Assembly: GCA_002504905.1 (NCBI GenBank)
Contig: DATY01000013.1
Span: forward strand, 6,422-70,421
Length of the DNA stretch: 64,000 nt
From: Euryarchaeota archaeon UBA605
GTDB taxonomy: Archaea; Thermoplasmatota; Poseidoniia; Poseidoniales; Thalassarchaeaceae
Direction of reading: 5' to 3'
Below are positions 10,167-19,998 of the stretch, piece after piece. How positions within the stretch are numbered: position 1 is the stretch's first letter; each line of letters opens with the position of its first letter. A program made the position numbers and the translations under genes. The notes beneath the pieces are model-generated. The model was not told where the DNA came from, did not search any database, and saw only the letters and a program-made list of their open reading frames with translations.

Positions 10167-11147
10167 TTACTCACTCATTAACTCCTTACAGGCTCTCTTT
10201 GTTAATACCTTCACCATTTTTCTTCTATATGACGGAGTATACCATGTATTTTGAACAGGTTTAACGGCTTTCCTTATTTTTTCTGAGAGAAGTTTGATAC
10301 TCTCTTCCCCATTCCAATTTTCTACTAATTCCATAGCCAAATCTTCATGATAGCCCGGAATAGATTCTAGGCCAGTTGTGGCTATTCTTAATTTCTCTAA
10401 TTTCCCTTCCTTTTTTTTCCAAAGTGCAGCAACTCCAGCTTCTGGAAAATCCCAAGATTCTCTTTGACGTAATTTCTGATAGTCTCCTTTCCAGGTTAAA
10501 ACTTCTTTAGGTATTGTAATATGAGTTAATAATTCTCCGGGTAATAATTTATTTTTTTTCATGCCATCTAACTCAAAAAAGTCAATAATCTCCATCTCTC
10601 TTTTCCCTGATACTGAAATAAGATGTACTTTTGCACCCATACACATCAGAACTGGTGCTAGATCAGCTTGATATGTTGCTACACATAATGTATTTTGATT
10701 AGGAATTACCCTACAGTCTGCTCCAGTGCCACAATCACATTTGTGACACCAATCAATTGTCTCTCTCCAATCTTCAGTTTGGTTGTACCAGTAGCATCTT
10801 GTATCTAGACAAATATTTCCTCCAACAGTTCCAGACCTCCTTATCATAATGCTAGCTATAGAACTAGCTGATTTTGCAAGTACTGGATGAGTCAACTCAG
10901 ACTCAACCAAATCCTGTAGTCTAACCATCGCTCCAATGCTTGTCTCAGTAATTTGGGTTAATTGTGAAATATTTGCTAAAGAAATCACATTCTTTTTTGG
11001 ATTAAGGTGCCACTTATAGTTAGGAATTAGATCAGTACCTCCTGAAATCCAATCAAAATCTTCCTCTTTTGATTGTATTTCTCGAGCAATTTCTATTGCT
11101 TCTTCTACACTGGTTGGCGAATATAGTTTGAATGGAGGCATTTTCAT
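10167..11147 (-). CDS. Xanthine dehydrogenase/CO dehydrogenase family, FAD-binding medium subunit
   Basis: ISGGTDLIPNYK and GTVGGNIC are FAD_binding_5 motifs. An ATGA overlap couples it to the large subunit. Confidence 0.85.
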   Translation of the reverse strand: MKMPPFKLYSPTSVEEAIEIAREIQSKEEDFDWISGGTDLIPNYKWHLNPKKNVISLANISQLTQITETSIGAMVRLQDLVESELTHPVLAKSASSIASIMIRRSGTVGGNICLDTRCYWYNQTEDWRETIDWCHKCDCGTGADCRVIPNQNTLCVATYQADLAPVLMCMGAKVHLISVSGKREMEIIDFFELDGMKKNKLLPGELLTHITIPKEVLTWKGDYQKLRQRESWDFPEAGVAALWKKKEGKLEKLRIATTGLESIPGYHEDLAMELVENWNGEESIKLLSEKIRKAVKPVQNTWYTPSYRRKMVKVLTKRACKELMSE

Positions 11148-13927
11148 TTTTCCACCTCTCTCTTTCTTCTTTCAGTGTGAACCCAAGCACTACCTGCCAA
11201 TCTTGGATTTTGTAAATATTCTTCTGAAGGAATAACTGTCACTTCCCAACTATCATCAACTTCATCCGGGGGAATTGTAGGATCCATGCCAAATAGTGCA
11301 CCATTGTGATACGGTTCTATTTCAGAAGATAATCTTCTTTCTTTATCTCTTTTTGAGTGTTCATTTGCTCTTTTCTCAAGAACTTCTTGTAATTTCGAGT
11401 GTTTCAATGTAGGTACTGGTAAATCACATGGGTCATCAATTTCTAGTTCTCTACATTTTTTCTCTATATTCTTGTATAATCTATCTGGAGTGATTGGTAA
11501 TTCATTTGTTCTAACTCCTATTGCATCATAAACTGCATTACATACTGCTGGTAAAATAGGTAATAATGGGCCTTCGCCAGCTTCTTTAGCACCAAATGGT
11601 CCTTCAGGGTCATTTGATTCTACAATGATAGGAGTAACATGTGGCATTTCATGTACACTAGGAATTTTATAATCAAGTAAATCAGTATTCATGAGATTTC
11701 CTGTTCTTCCATATCTCATTTCTTCAGAAAGAACTTGTCCCATTCCCATGTGACATGAACCAATTATTTGTCCTTTAACTGCAAGTGGATTCAGTGCTTT
11801 ACCGCAGTCATGAGCGGCCCAAACTTTCTCTACTTTTGTTTGGCCAGTTTCAATATCAACTTTTACTTCAGCCACATAAGCCGAAAATGAATACGCTGGA
11901 GCCAAACCAGCGGCAGCACCTTTGTGAGCTCTACCCATTGGAGGTGTTCTGTAGGCTCCTGAGGCAACTAAAGCACCTCTTTCTTCCTGTGCTTTATGTA
12001 AAGCCTCTAGATAAGAAACACCGATAGCAGGGTCATCTTTTCTAAATATTCTACGGTCCCCAATAACTAATTTTTCAATTGGTGCTTTAGTGATATCAGA
12101 AGTTGCCTGTAACAAATCTTGTCTAATTTCCATAGCAGCAGAAATCGCTGCATTTGCATTCATGAATGTGACTCTTGATGAATAAGAACCTAAGTCAACA
12201 GGGGATGTATCCGTTTCTCTAGATTTCACTCTAATCATGTCTAGTGGTAATCCTAAAACCTCAGCCACAGATTGAGCTACTACTGTGTCTGAACCTTGTC
12301 CAATATCGGCAGCTCCTGTATGTACTGTCACTCCACCATCCATGTCTATTTTCAGATGAACAGTTGCATGTGGGAACTTATTTGGGTCCCAATGTATAGG
12401 AAGTCCACTTCCAGAAATGAAGAATCCACATCCTATTCCAATTCCATGGCCTAGAGGCATTTTTCTAAATTTATCATTCCACCCTGATTCTTCTTTCACT
12501 CTTTCTAAACATTCTCTCATTCCTATACTAGTTACTCTGAATCCAGTAATTGTAGCAGAGTGTGGTGGTAACAAATTGGCCAATCTAAAAGATATTGGAT
12601 CTACTTGTAATTGCTCAGAAATATCGTCAATTCCAACTTCTACAGCACATCGAGAATTTACTGCACCATGTCCCCTCATGGCTCCGCTAGCGGGTTTATT
12701 TGTCCATACCCTTGCTCCAGTGTAATGGAATGCACCAATTTCATAAGGAGCAGTGTGAAGTACTCCATTGTAATATGTGGTAACATGTCCGAAAGATGCG
12801 AAAGCCCCTCCATCGATTAATGCGTCCGTTTCTATTCCACATAATCTCCCTTCATTATCTGCATGAAGATTCATTTCAATGTGGGAGGGGTGTCTTCCTC
12901 TATTAATCCAATAGACTTCTTCTCTATCGAATGTTATTCTAACAGGTCTTCCTGATTTACGAGCTAGTATTGATGCGCACATTTCATGAGGAAAGGGATC
13001 TGATTTGCCTCCAAAACCTCCTCCTACAAAAGTTCTATGAACATTAATCTGATGCATTGGAATTTCCAGTACATCTGCTAATGCTCTGTGGACATAATGA
13101 GGAACTTGCTGAGGTGTGTAAAGTGTCAATCTTCCAGAAGGGTCCCAATCTGCAACAACCGCATGGGGCTCGGTTGCAGCATGATTTACTCCATTAAAGA
13201 ACCAATTTTTTTTATGACTAGCTATAGAATTTTTCTCCATTGATTTGACATTACCAAATTCTTGAAACACCCTCTTCTGTATATTCGCTTCTCCAATATG
13301 ATATTCTCCTCTATCATGAATAGGAACTTCAGAGTCTTTCAATCCATCTTTCATGTCATGGATTGAGTCCAGAATTTCATATTCAATTTTCATTAATCTA
13401 ACAGCTTCCAATGCTGTCGCTTCATCCTCTGCTGCAACACAGGCAATTAGATCTCCTATGTGTCTAACTCTATCAACTGCCATTGCATGTTCATCTTTTG
13501 TAACTGGTAATACTCCGAATTTATTCTTAGCATCTTCTCCAGTGGCTATTGAAATCACTCCGGGCAATTTTAATGAATCTGATATATCGATAGATAATAT
13601 TCTTGCATAATGATACGGTGATCGAACAATTTTACCAATCAATTCATTTGGTAATCTAATATCGTCTCCATATTTTGCCCTACCAGTGACTTTCCAATTA
13701 CTATCAACAAGTGACGTAGATTTACCAACAATTCTTCCAGTAATCAACTTATCATGCCTATGATCGCCCCAAGGTTGCTTTTTCTCTCCTCCTTGACTTT
13801 CTGGAATCATTTTTTCATCCCTAGGTTCACTGAATGAATTCTTTCCGCCTGATCCTGGTCTAGAGAAAGAAATTTTTCCTGGTTGTTGTCTGTAACCAAC
13901 CATCTCATCTTTTTCATCTTCAGACAT
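11144..13927 (-). CDS. Xanthine dehydrogenase/aldehyde oxidase family molybdopterin-binding large subunit (927 aa, with N- and C-terminal extensions)
   Basis: FVGGGFGGKSDP, GSDTVVAQ and the catalytic-Glu region FGAKEAGEGPLLPILPAVCNAVYDAIG are present. It is flanked by 2Fe-2S and FAD subunit genes. Confidence 0.9.
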   Translation of the reverse strand: MSEDEKDEMVGYRQQPGKISFSRPGSGGKNSFSEPRDEKMIPESQGGEKKQPWGDHRHDKLITGRIVGKSTSLVDSNWKVTGRAKYGDDIRLPNELIGKIVRSPYHYARILSIDISDSLKLPGVISIATGEDAKNKFGVLPVTKDEHAMAVDRVRHIGDLIACVAAEDEATALEAVRLMKIEYEILDSIHDMKDGLKDSEVPIHDRGEYHIGEANIQKRVFQEFGNVKSMEKNSIASHKKNWFFNGVNHAATEPHAVVADWDPSGRLTLYTPQQVPHYVHRALADVLEIPMHQINVHRTFVGGGFGGKSDPFPHEMCASILARKSGRPVRITFDREEVYWINRGRHPSHIEMNLHADNEGRLCGIETDALIDGGAFASFGHVTTYYNGVLHTAPYEIGAFHYTGARVWTNKPASGAMRGHGAVNSRCAVEVGIDDISEQLQVDPISFRLANLLPPHSATITGFRVTSIGMRECLERVKEESGWNDKFRKMPLGHGIGIGCGFFISGSGLPIHWDPNKFPHATVHLKIDMDGGVTVHTGAADIGQGSDTVVAQSVAEVLGLPLDMIRVKSRETDTSPVDLGSYSSRVTFMNANAAISAAMEIRQDLLQATSDITKAPIEKLVIGDRRIFRKDDPAIGVSYLEALHKAQEERGALVASGAYRTPPMGRAHKGAAAGLAPAYSFSAYVAEVKVDIETGQTKVEKVWAAHDCGKALNPLAVKGQIIGSCHMGMGQVLSEEMRYGRTGNLMNTDLLDYKIPSVHEMPHVTPIIVESNDPEGPFGAKEAGEGPLLPILPAVCNAVYDAIGVRTNELPITPDRLYKNIEKKCRELEIDDPCDLPVPTLKHSKLQEVLEKRANEHSKRDKERRLSSEIEPYHNGALFGMDPTIPPDEVDDSWEVTVIPSEEYLQNPRLAGSAWVHTERRKREVEK

Positions 13928-13936
13928 TTATTTCCC

Positions 13937-14533
13937 TCATTTTTCAAATCCCGGATTAGGGTTACTTTTTGGATTAGTAGAGTTGTCGATATTTTTCCCT
14001 GACATTAGAATTTCACTGGCGGCTTTTACCGAGTCAACGATTTGTTGATATCCCGTGCATCTACATAAATTCCCTTCGATTGCATTTTTAATTTCTGAAT
14101 CATTTGGTGAAGGATTTTTTTCCAGCAATGATGAAATTACTACTAAGAATCCTGGTGTACAGAAACCACATTGACTTCCACCATATTCACTAAACATTTC
14201 TTGTATTGGATGCAAATGATGTCCTTCAGCTAATCCTTCTACAGTAGTAATTTCAGAACTTTCAACCTCTTGAGCTAAAACTAGACAGGATAGTTTAGGA
14301 TTTCCATCGACTAATACTGAGCAACATCCACATGTGCCCATATCACAACCTCTCTTGACACCAAGAGTTCCAACCTGATCTCTCAAGACATCTAGGAGAA
14401 TAGCGTTACTCTCAACATGTTTTGAAATTTCCTTACCATTCACTGTTGCTTTCCATGGTATTTTTTCAGGACCAGGAAGCATTGGAAGACGTATGACACT
14501 CATGCTAACATCTTCACCAGATGGGCTCACCAT
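13937..14533 (-). CDS. Xanthine dehydrogenase family [2Fe-2S] small subunit
   Basis: GCDMGTCGCCSVLVDG and GSQCGFCTPG...CRCTGYQQI are the two 2Fe-2S cluster motifs. Confidence 0.92.
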   Translation of the reverse strand: MVSPSGEDVSMSVIRLPMLPGPEKIPWKATVNGKEISKHVESNAILLDVLRDQVGTLGVKRGCDMGTCGCCSVLVDGNPKLSCLVLAQEVESSEITTVEGLAEGHHLHPIQEMFSEYGGSQCGFCTPGFLVVISSLLEKNPSPNDSEIKNAIEGNLCRCTGYQQIVDSVKAASEILMSGKNIDNSTNPKSNPNPGFEK

Positions 14534-14560
14534 TTTAGCGTTCGGATAAGTGACTTCTGC

Positions 14561-15211
14561 TTATTCGAGATCCTTCATTACTTTATTCATAATTTCTACC
14601 TCGGCTCTCCTTATGTGTTCGCCGTAAGTACTTCTTGCCATATTCATCTCATCTGCTAGCTGTTTTAGAGTAACATTTCTATCCATGCTGTAGAATCCTT
14701 TTCTTGTCGCATGCTTCAAAACTTCTATCTGTCTATCAGTTAGAATTGATTCCCAAATACTTCTGTTGTCTTCTTTTTGGAAGGTTTGAACTGAAATATT
14801 ATCTGGAGGTAAAACCATTCTGATTAATCGGATGAATCTACTTACAGATTTCGATAGTCCTGAAATCCTTAATTCCATTCCATTTTCTTCAGAAATTCCA
14901 TAGGGTGGATGTATGTGAATGTTTGATAACTCAATTGCTGAAATTGCTAATGGATGTGTACAAAATAAACTCACTAGTACCCCATCATCGTTTTCTTCAT
15001 GAATTTCTGTTATTTCGAAGTTATCTAATTTTGAAATACTCTCTATATTTTTTCCTTCTTTTAGTTTTATTTCTGCTAATTGGGTAACACTTTTTTCACT
15101 AATTGCTAAATGTCCTAATATTTCCATTCTTTCACATAATTCTAGTATCTCAGAAATTTCCTTAGCGCCGTGTAATGAGGAAGTTTTCCACCTCAATATC
15201 ACCTTACGCAT
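14561..15211 (-). CDS. HTH_10 (bacterio-opsin activator-like) transcriptional regulator
   Basis: The C-terminal region LTDRQIEVLKHATRKGFY...TLKQLADEMNMARSTYGEHIRRAEVEI is the archaeal HTH_10 domain. It is the first gene upstream of the molybdoenzyme subunits. Confidence 0.8.
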   Translation of the reverse strand: MRKVILRWKTSSLHGAKEISEILELCERMEILGHLAISEKSVTQLAEIKLKEGKNIESISKLDNFEITEIHEENDDGVLVSLFCTHPLAISAIELSNIHIHPPYGISEENGMELRISGLSKSVSRFIRLIRMVLPPDNISVQTFQKEDNRSIWESILTDRQIEVLKHATRKGFYSMDRNVTLKQLADEMNMARSTYGEHIRRAEVEIMNKVMKDLE

Positions 15212-15254
15212 ACTATGTGGAATGTTCTTTTGTTATTGAACCCCTCGGTAATTA

Positions 15255-16469
15255 TTAATTCCAGTAAGTTTCCCGTATTTCTTGATTAGTTTCCATACAT
15301 AATGTGACATCTGAAGGCCTATCTGGTTGAATTGACTGACCATTTAGATGATTAATGATTGGATTTACATTAGATTCATTCACTACTCCCCAGCCAATTT
15401 GTGTACAAGGAGCCACAGGAGAAACAGGAGTAGTTCCAGAAAGTGGGTCCCAAGTACTGAACGATGGGTACCAGGCCGAAAGATTGAGTGCATCTCTAAT
15501 GTGAGCTTGAGAAATATTCATATTTTCGCTATTTACTAAGTATCCATCTCTCAAATCGGGGTCAGCACCAGAAGAGAAATCACCAGACTCAGTTCTTAGA
15601 TGTTGAATAACCTTTGACAAAAGTCCTGCAGTTCTTGGAGTTGCAAATGAAGTACCACTTGTTTCATGATATCCGTCAATATCATCGTGATTCGGCAAAA
15701 CCTGAGTCCAATCTGCGGCGATATCTGGGTATGAACCACTCATAGTTTCTTTCTGGTCATCACCTTCTTCAGCATAACCTGAAACTCCTATACTCCAAGG
15801 AGGTCCGGCAGTTGAATCTTGAACTGCTGGAGATGGTGTATTATCAGCAGCCCCAGTATGAATTTTTTTCTCTTGTACAACAGCAACTTCAGTCGCGTCC
15901 TCTATTCCAGGGACTGGAATCGAACCTATAGGTCCAAAACTAGTACTAATTATATCTACTAATGGCTGATTAGCGGCGGCTAATACTGCAGCATCGCTGA
16001 ATCCTTCAACAAAGAAAATTATTGCATCGGGATTTGCATCCAGAACAGCCCCAGTTACTGCGGTGCCATGCCCGTCCGAAGGGTCATCAAGGATTGGTAT
16101 GTCAGTATTATCATCAGGAGTGGTACCGATTATTTTTGTTCCTGGGAAATATACTATGTCAGTAGAATTAATATTATCCCAGCACATTTCTTTATCAGCA
16201 TCATATCTTTCTTGCCAAGTTCCAGAAAATGTTAGTTGACATGTCATTGTAACACCCAGCCCTTCTAGTAGCCATTCAGGGTAAGTTTCATTAGTTCTGA
16301 AATGATCATGATACACATTAATTCCTGTGTCAATAGGAGCTACAATTGAGTAATTCCTGAATGTATCATCATCTTCAATCAAGGTTTCTTGTGTTGAATC
16401 TTCAGCAATACATCCACTAAGGGAGGACATCATCATTATGAGGACTAATGATACGCTCAGTTGTTTCAT
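15255..16469 (-). CDS. Subtilisin-like S8 serine peptidase, probable lipoprotein
   Basis: The signal ends in the lipobox-like LSGC. The catalytic motifs are DTGINVYHDHF (Asp), GHGTAVTG (His) and SGTSFATPRTAG (Ser). Confidence 0.85.
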   Translation of the reverse strand: MKQLSVSLVLIMMMSSLSGCIAEDSTQETLIEDDDTFRNYSIVAPIDTGINVYHDHFRTNETYPEWLLEGLGVTMTCQLTFSGTWQERYDADKEMCWDNINSTDIVYFPGTKIIGTTPDDNTDIPILDDPSDGHGTAVTGAVLDANPDAIIFFVEGFSDAAVLAAANQPLVDIISTSFGPIGSIPVPGIEDATEVAVVQEKKIHTGAADNTPSPAVQDSTAGPPWSIGVSGYAEEGDDQKETMSGSYPDIAADWTQVLPNHDDIDGYHETSGTSFATPRTAGLLSKVIQHLRTESGDFSSGADPDLRDGYLVNSENMNISQAHIRDALNLSAWYPSFSTWDPLSGTTPVSPVAPCTQIGWGVVNESNVNPIINHLNGQSIQPDRPSDVTLCMETNQEIRETYWN

Positions 16470-16495
16470 TAATCAACCGAACCGTTATGTCTTTT

Positions 16496-17341
16496 TCAGT
16501 TCTCCGTGTGAGTGATTTTTCTTTCTAATGCTAGAATTTCAGCACATACTGCTAATCCAATTTCCTCAGGAGTCACAGCGCCAATATCTATTCCAATAGG
16601 GCATCTAGCATTCTTAAACCATTCTTCTTTTACACCATCAGCAATTGCAGCCTTCTTGAACGACTTCCATTTCGAAGTCGAACCAATTGCTCCAATTCTA
16701 GGAATTAATTCATCCTCTCGTAGTTTTAGTAATCCCAATAATAACTCTTGATCAACTGACCAGTCATGACCCAGTAATAGAATATCTGAGAATCTTTGTA
16801 TAGATTGTGAATCTTCTGATTTCAGAAAGTCATTTACACTCATTGAGATATTTTCATTAGAATATGGATATTTTTCTGTATTAGAATATTCCTTTCTAAC
16901 ATCAAAAATAGAGTAATCCCATCCTAGAGAATCAGCAATTAGTGCAACGCATCTACCTACGTGGCCTCCCCCTGCAATCAAAATATGAGGCATTGGCTCA
17001 ATAATCTCCAGACTCACTTCCACTTGCCCACCACATAGACTGTCAAGCGGTATCCCTTCTTTTCCCTTCGCATCCTTATAGAGATAAAATGTCTCAATTT
17101 TCCCGCCTTTTTTCCGACTTAAATTTATATCTTCATTCAATAATTCAATTAATTTCTTTTCAATTTTTAGTTCTAGTCCTGCACCACCTACTGTTCCAAA
17201 ATTTTGCATTTTTGAATTTATTGCAAGTTTGGCACCCGGTTTCCCAGGTACACTTCCCTTCGCAGAAATAATTGTTGCTACAGCAACTCTTCGTCCTTGT
17301 TTTACTTCGGATAAGACCCAAGATAAGACATGAACAGACAC
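16496..17341 (-). CDS. xdhC: XdhC/CoxI-family molybdoenzyme maturation factor
   Basis: It has an N-terminal XdhC_CoxI-like region and the Rossmann segment ILIAGGGHVGRCVALIADSLGW. Confidence 0.8.
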   Translation of the reverse strand: MSVHVLSWVLSEVKQGRRVAVATIISAKGSVPGKPGAKLAINSKMQNFGTVGGAGLELKIEKKLIELLNEDINLSRKKGGKIETFYLYKDAKGKEGIPLDSLCGGQVEVSLEIIEPMPHILIAGGGHVGRCVALIADSLGWDYSIFDVRKEYSNTEKYPYSNENISMSVNDFLKSEDSQSIQRFSDILLLGHDWSVDQELLLGLLKLREDELIPRIGAIGSTSKWKSFKKAAIADGVKEEWFKNARCPIGIDIGAVTPEEIGLAVCAEILALERKITHTEN

Positions 17342-17385
17342 GTTCCTCTGAAGGGGTTCTACACTTTTTGATTTTGCATGTGTAA

Positions 17386-17952
17386 TTACAAATTATGTTC
17401 TCTGGTGATTTCTCTTAATTTTTCTAAATCTTCTGGAAAATCTATGTTTAGATGTAAATATTCGTCATTTACCTCTATTTTTATTGGTTCGATAATATCT
17501 CTTAGAGGAGTTGAAGGATCACTTGAGAGGATTCCTTCACAATCCTTTCTGGATAAAATTACAGGATGTCCTCCTTTACCATTTTTGCTTGGACAAGATG
17601 TTTCCTCCGAATTAATTAATTTCTCAATAGTTTTATTTGAGAAACCGGGTCTATCTACCGGTACTATCAAGCATCTCTCACTTTCTAGTTCTTTTATTCC
17701 ACATTGTATACTTCCAGTTCTACCTTCCTCTGGTTTCATATTAACGATTATCTTCTCTCCTAATTTTTCCATTTCAATGACTAAATCTTCCCGAGTTACA
17801 ATGATTACCCTCAGATTGTTCCTTTTTAACTTCTCAATCAAAATTTCAATCAAGGATTTTCCATGAATATCAACTAGTGCTTTTGGCTCACCAAGTCTTT
17901 TACTGGCTCCAGCAGCAAGTAGAATTGCATCAATTTGACTCAAACTAACCAC
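17386..17952 (-). CDS. mocA: MobA/MocA-like molybdenum cofactor nucleotidyltransferase (probable cytidylyltransferase)
   Basis: ILLAAGASKRLGEPKAL is the NTP_transf_3 motif. It is about 190 aa. It has a GTG start that overlaps the upstream S8 gene end by 8 nt. It lies next to xdhC. Confidence 0.75.
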   Translation of the reverse strand: MVSLSQIDAILLAAGASKRLGEPKALVDIHGKSLIEILIEKLKRNNLRVIIVTREDLVIEMEKLGEKIIVNMKPEEGRTGSIQCGIKELESERCLIVPVDRPGFSNKTIEKLINSEETSCPSKNGKGGHPVILSRKDCEGILSSDPSTPLRDIIEPIKIEVNDEYLHLNIDFPEDLEKLREITREHNL

Positions 17953-19933
17953 TATTTACATTATCTTCCTGATTCTCTATATTTACAGGCCATTCTTCGT
18001 TTTCATCTTCAATAATTTCCTCAGAAAATAATCCAGATTCCTTTAATTTCATTGTTGCAACAGTTAATGCTACAAATAAAATTATCACTAAGGTAGAAAG
18101 TAAGCCTATTATCAATGTCAGATTATCAGATTCGCTACTACTTGTTTCAATCTTTTCTTCACCCATGATGCTAATACCTACTGCAAGGTTGGTTGAGGCT
18201 TGATCTCCAGAAATTGCTCGTACCAGAATAACCTGGTCACCTTCAACTGTGTTGTTTGGGAGGAATCGAAGTCGGTCTACAAGAAGGCCATGAGTTACCT
18301 CAAACTGCTCGTTACCTGCGGCAAATTCAGACAAATCCATCCAATTATCTCTCATGTCCCAAGTTCTCCACTGTACTCTCTGAACGCCCCCTTCAAGATT
18401 GAATATTATGGATTCTCCTTGTCCAATATGAACACGATTATCTTGACCATAATTGCTGTCTAGTGTTACGTTCAAAGACATACTTAGTTCGTAGAAGTAA
18501 TTCGCCGCTTCTTCGACTGCAGGCTGGGCGTTAACATGGCCATGACCATACACGTTATTTTGTCTATTCTTGGGGATTAAGTCCTCAGCACAAGGCTCGT
18601 TAGCCAGCATATAATGGCATTGTCTGTAAGTAGATGTTTCTTGCATTATATTTCTAATATCGAAAGGACTTAGATCTGGATTGGCTTGGTACATTAGAAC
18701 AGCTACCCCCGCTGCTCCTGGTGTTGCCATACTTGTTCCTGAGAGCGATACATAGCCATCTCCAGTATTTGCGTCAGGGGCATTAACACTGCTTCCAACA
18801 AATGCTATGTTTGGTTTGACTCTCCCCTCTTCTGTGGGTCCTTGGCTCGAGTAAATTGCAATAGCAGTATTCTTGTCTAGAGATCCTACAGTGATTACAT
18901 CCTCCGCACTACCTGGAGTTCCTATTGTTGCAGATCCACCACTATTTCCAGCTGCAATGAACAGAGTCACTCCAGCTCTCATCATTTCATTTGCCATTCT
19001 GTTGACTGACTCCTCCTCTGATGAGGTCCACTCAATTGCTCCAGTTAGAGCTCCGAGACTCATACTGGCCGCTCTGATATTGAATTCGTGTCTCTTTTCG
19101 ACGGTCCATTCCATTCCAGCCATAACTGCGGCGAAGGATCCGCTTCCGCCTCCATCAAGTACCTTGACTCCTACCAAATTTGCCTGGGGGGCTACTCCTA
19201 CATGCTGGTAGTTAGGAGCACCTGTCCCAGCTGTGATCCCTGCACAGTGAGTGCCGTGGCCATTGTCATCATAGGGAAATATCTCTGTTCCATTCGTTGC
19301 ACCGGGGTTGTTAATCGCATCATAGAATGCGACTATTTTAGGATCATTTGTCATGTTGTTATCGTCTAAATCGTCCAGAGCAGTATGGTTACCGTCGATT
19401 CCAGTATCAATGATTGCCATTGTCACTCCAGAACCAGTGTAGCCTGTATCTTGCCATACTAGATCTACACCATGCGCCGGGACTACATCTTCCATCTGAA
19501 CTTCTAATCTTCCATCCAACTCAACAAAGACAACTCCGGGTATTTCTAGTAATTCATGTATTCTATTCAACTCAATAGTCCCAGCAATAGAATCAATCAG
19601 CCAATATCGGAATTGTGTAACGAACCCAACTTTACTTTCCAATAGCAATTGATCAATTTCGGTAGGAGAGTGGTCGAAGTCTACAATGACTGAAATTCGG
19701 CCCTCTTCATCGAGATATTGGTAGTGTCTATTTTCTGCTGCTATCCAAATAGCATCATGAATTCTATCTTTATTTTCATCCATGTTTGTATTTTCCCACC
19801 ATTTTATTTCATCAGAATAGTCATTCAAGTCATCCACTTCTAAGGATGATGAAGATGCTATCAGAGGGACGACTAATAATCCTAGAATCATTACTGCAGT
19901 CATTCTTCTGACTAAATCTACACTTCCGCTCAT
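17945..19933 (-). CDS. Subtilisin-like S8 serine peptidase, secreted, C-terminal TM anchor with acidic tail
   Basis: It has a signal peptide. The catalytic motifs are AIIDTGIDGNH, GHGTHCAGI and SGTSMATPGAAG. The C-terminal segment LIIGLLSTLVIILFVALTVA is a TM helix. Confidence 0.9.
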   Translation of the reverse strand: MSGSVDLVRRMTAVMILGLLVVPLIASSSSLEVDDLNDYSDEIKWWENTNMDENKDRIHDAIWIAAENRHYQYLDEEGRISVIVDFDHSPTEIDQLLLESKVGFVTQFRYWLIDSIAGTIELNRIHELLEIPGVVFVELDGRLEVQMEDVVPAHGVDLVWQDTGYTGSGVTMAIIDTGIDGNHTALDDLDDNNMTNDPKIVAFYDAINNPGATNGTEIFPYDDNGHGTHCAGITAGTGAPNYQHVGVAPQANLVGVKVLDGGGSGSFAAVMAGMEWTVEKRHEFNIRAASMSLGALTGAIEWTSSEEESVNRMANEMMRAGVTLFIAAGNSGGSATIGTPGSAEDVITVGSLDKNTAIAIYSSQGPTEEGRVKPNIAFVGSSVNAPDANTGDGYVSLSGTSMATPGAAGVAVLMYQANPDLSPFDIRNIMQETSTYRQCHYMLANEPCAEDLIPKNRQNNVYGHGHVNAQPAVEEAANYFYELSMSLNVTLDSNYGQDNRVHIGQGESIIFNLEGGVQRVQWRTWDMRDNWMDLSEFAAGNEQFEVTHGLLVDRLRFLPNNTVEGDQVILVRAISGDQASTNLAVGISIMGEEKIETSSSESDNLTLIIGLLSTLVIILFVALTVATMKLKESGLFSEEIIEDENEEWPVNIENQEDNVNSG

Positions 19934-19998
19934 ATTATCAAATGTCGCGATTATTTCATAAGTATTGAATGAAACGGTTAACTGTTCTTAATTTCAAA

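Noticed and set aside
11144-13927. Calling the molybdoenzyme an aerobic CO dehydrogenase (CoxL)
   Set aside because: I could not find the form I (AYxCSFR) or form II (AYRGAGR) active-site loop at the expected mid-protein position. The only AYR tripeptide (AYRTPP) lies in a different, generally conserved region. Only the family-level call is supported.
17378-17866. 162-aa plus-strand ORF antisense to mocA. The same applies to other long shadow ORFs, e.g. 2330-2803, 26676-27149, 36611-37402, 12417-12820, 21400-22068 and 45436-45819.
   Set aside because: Each lies entirely within a gene whose product has strong family motifs on the opposite strand. The translations are low-complexity (Ser/Ile/Leu/Pro-rich) with no recognisable domains, which is typical of antisense frames in low-GC genomes.
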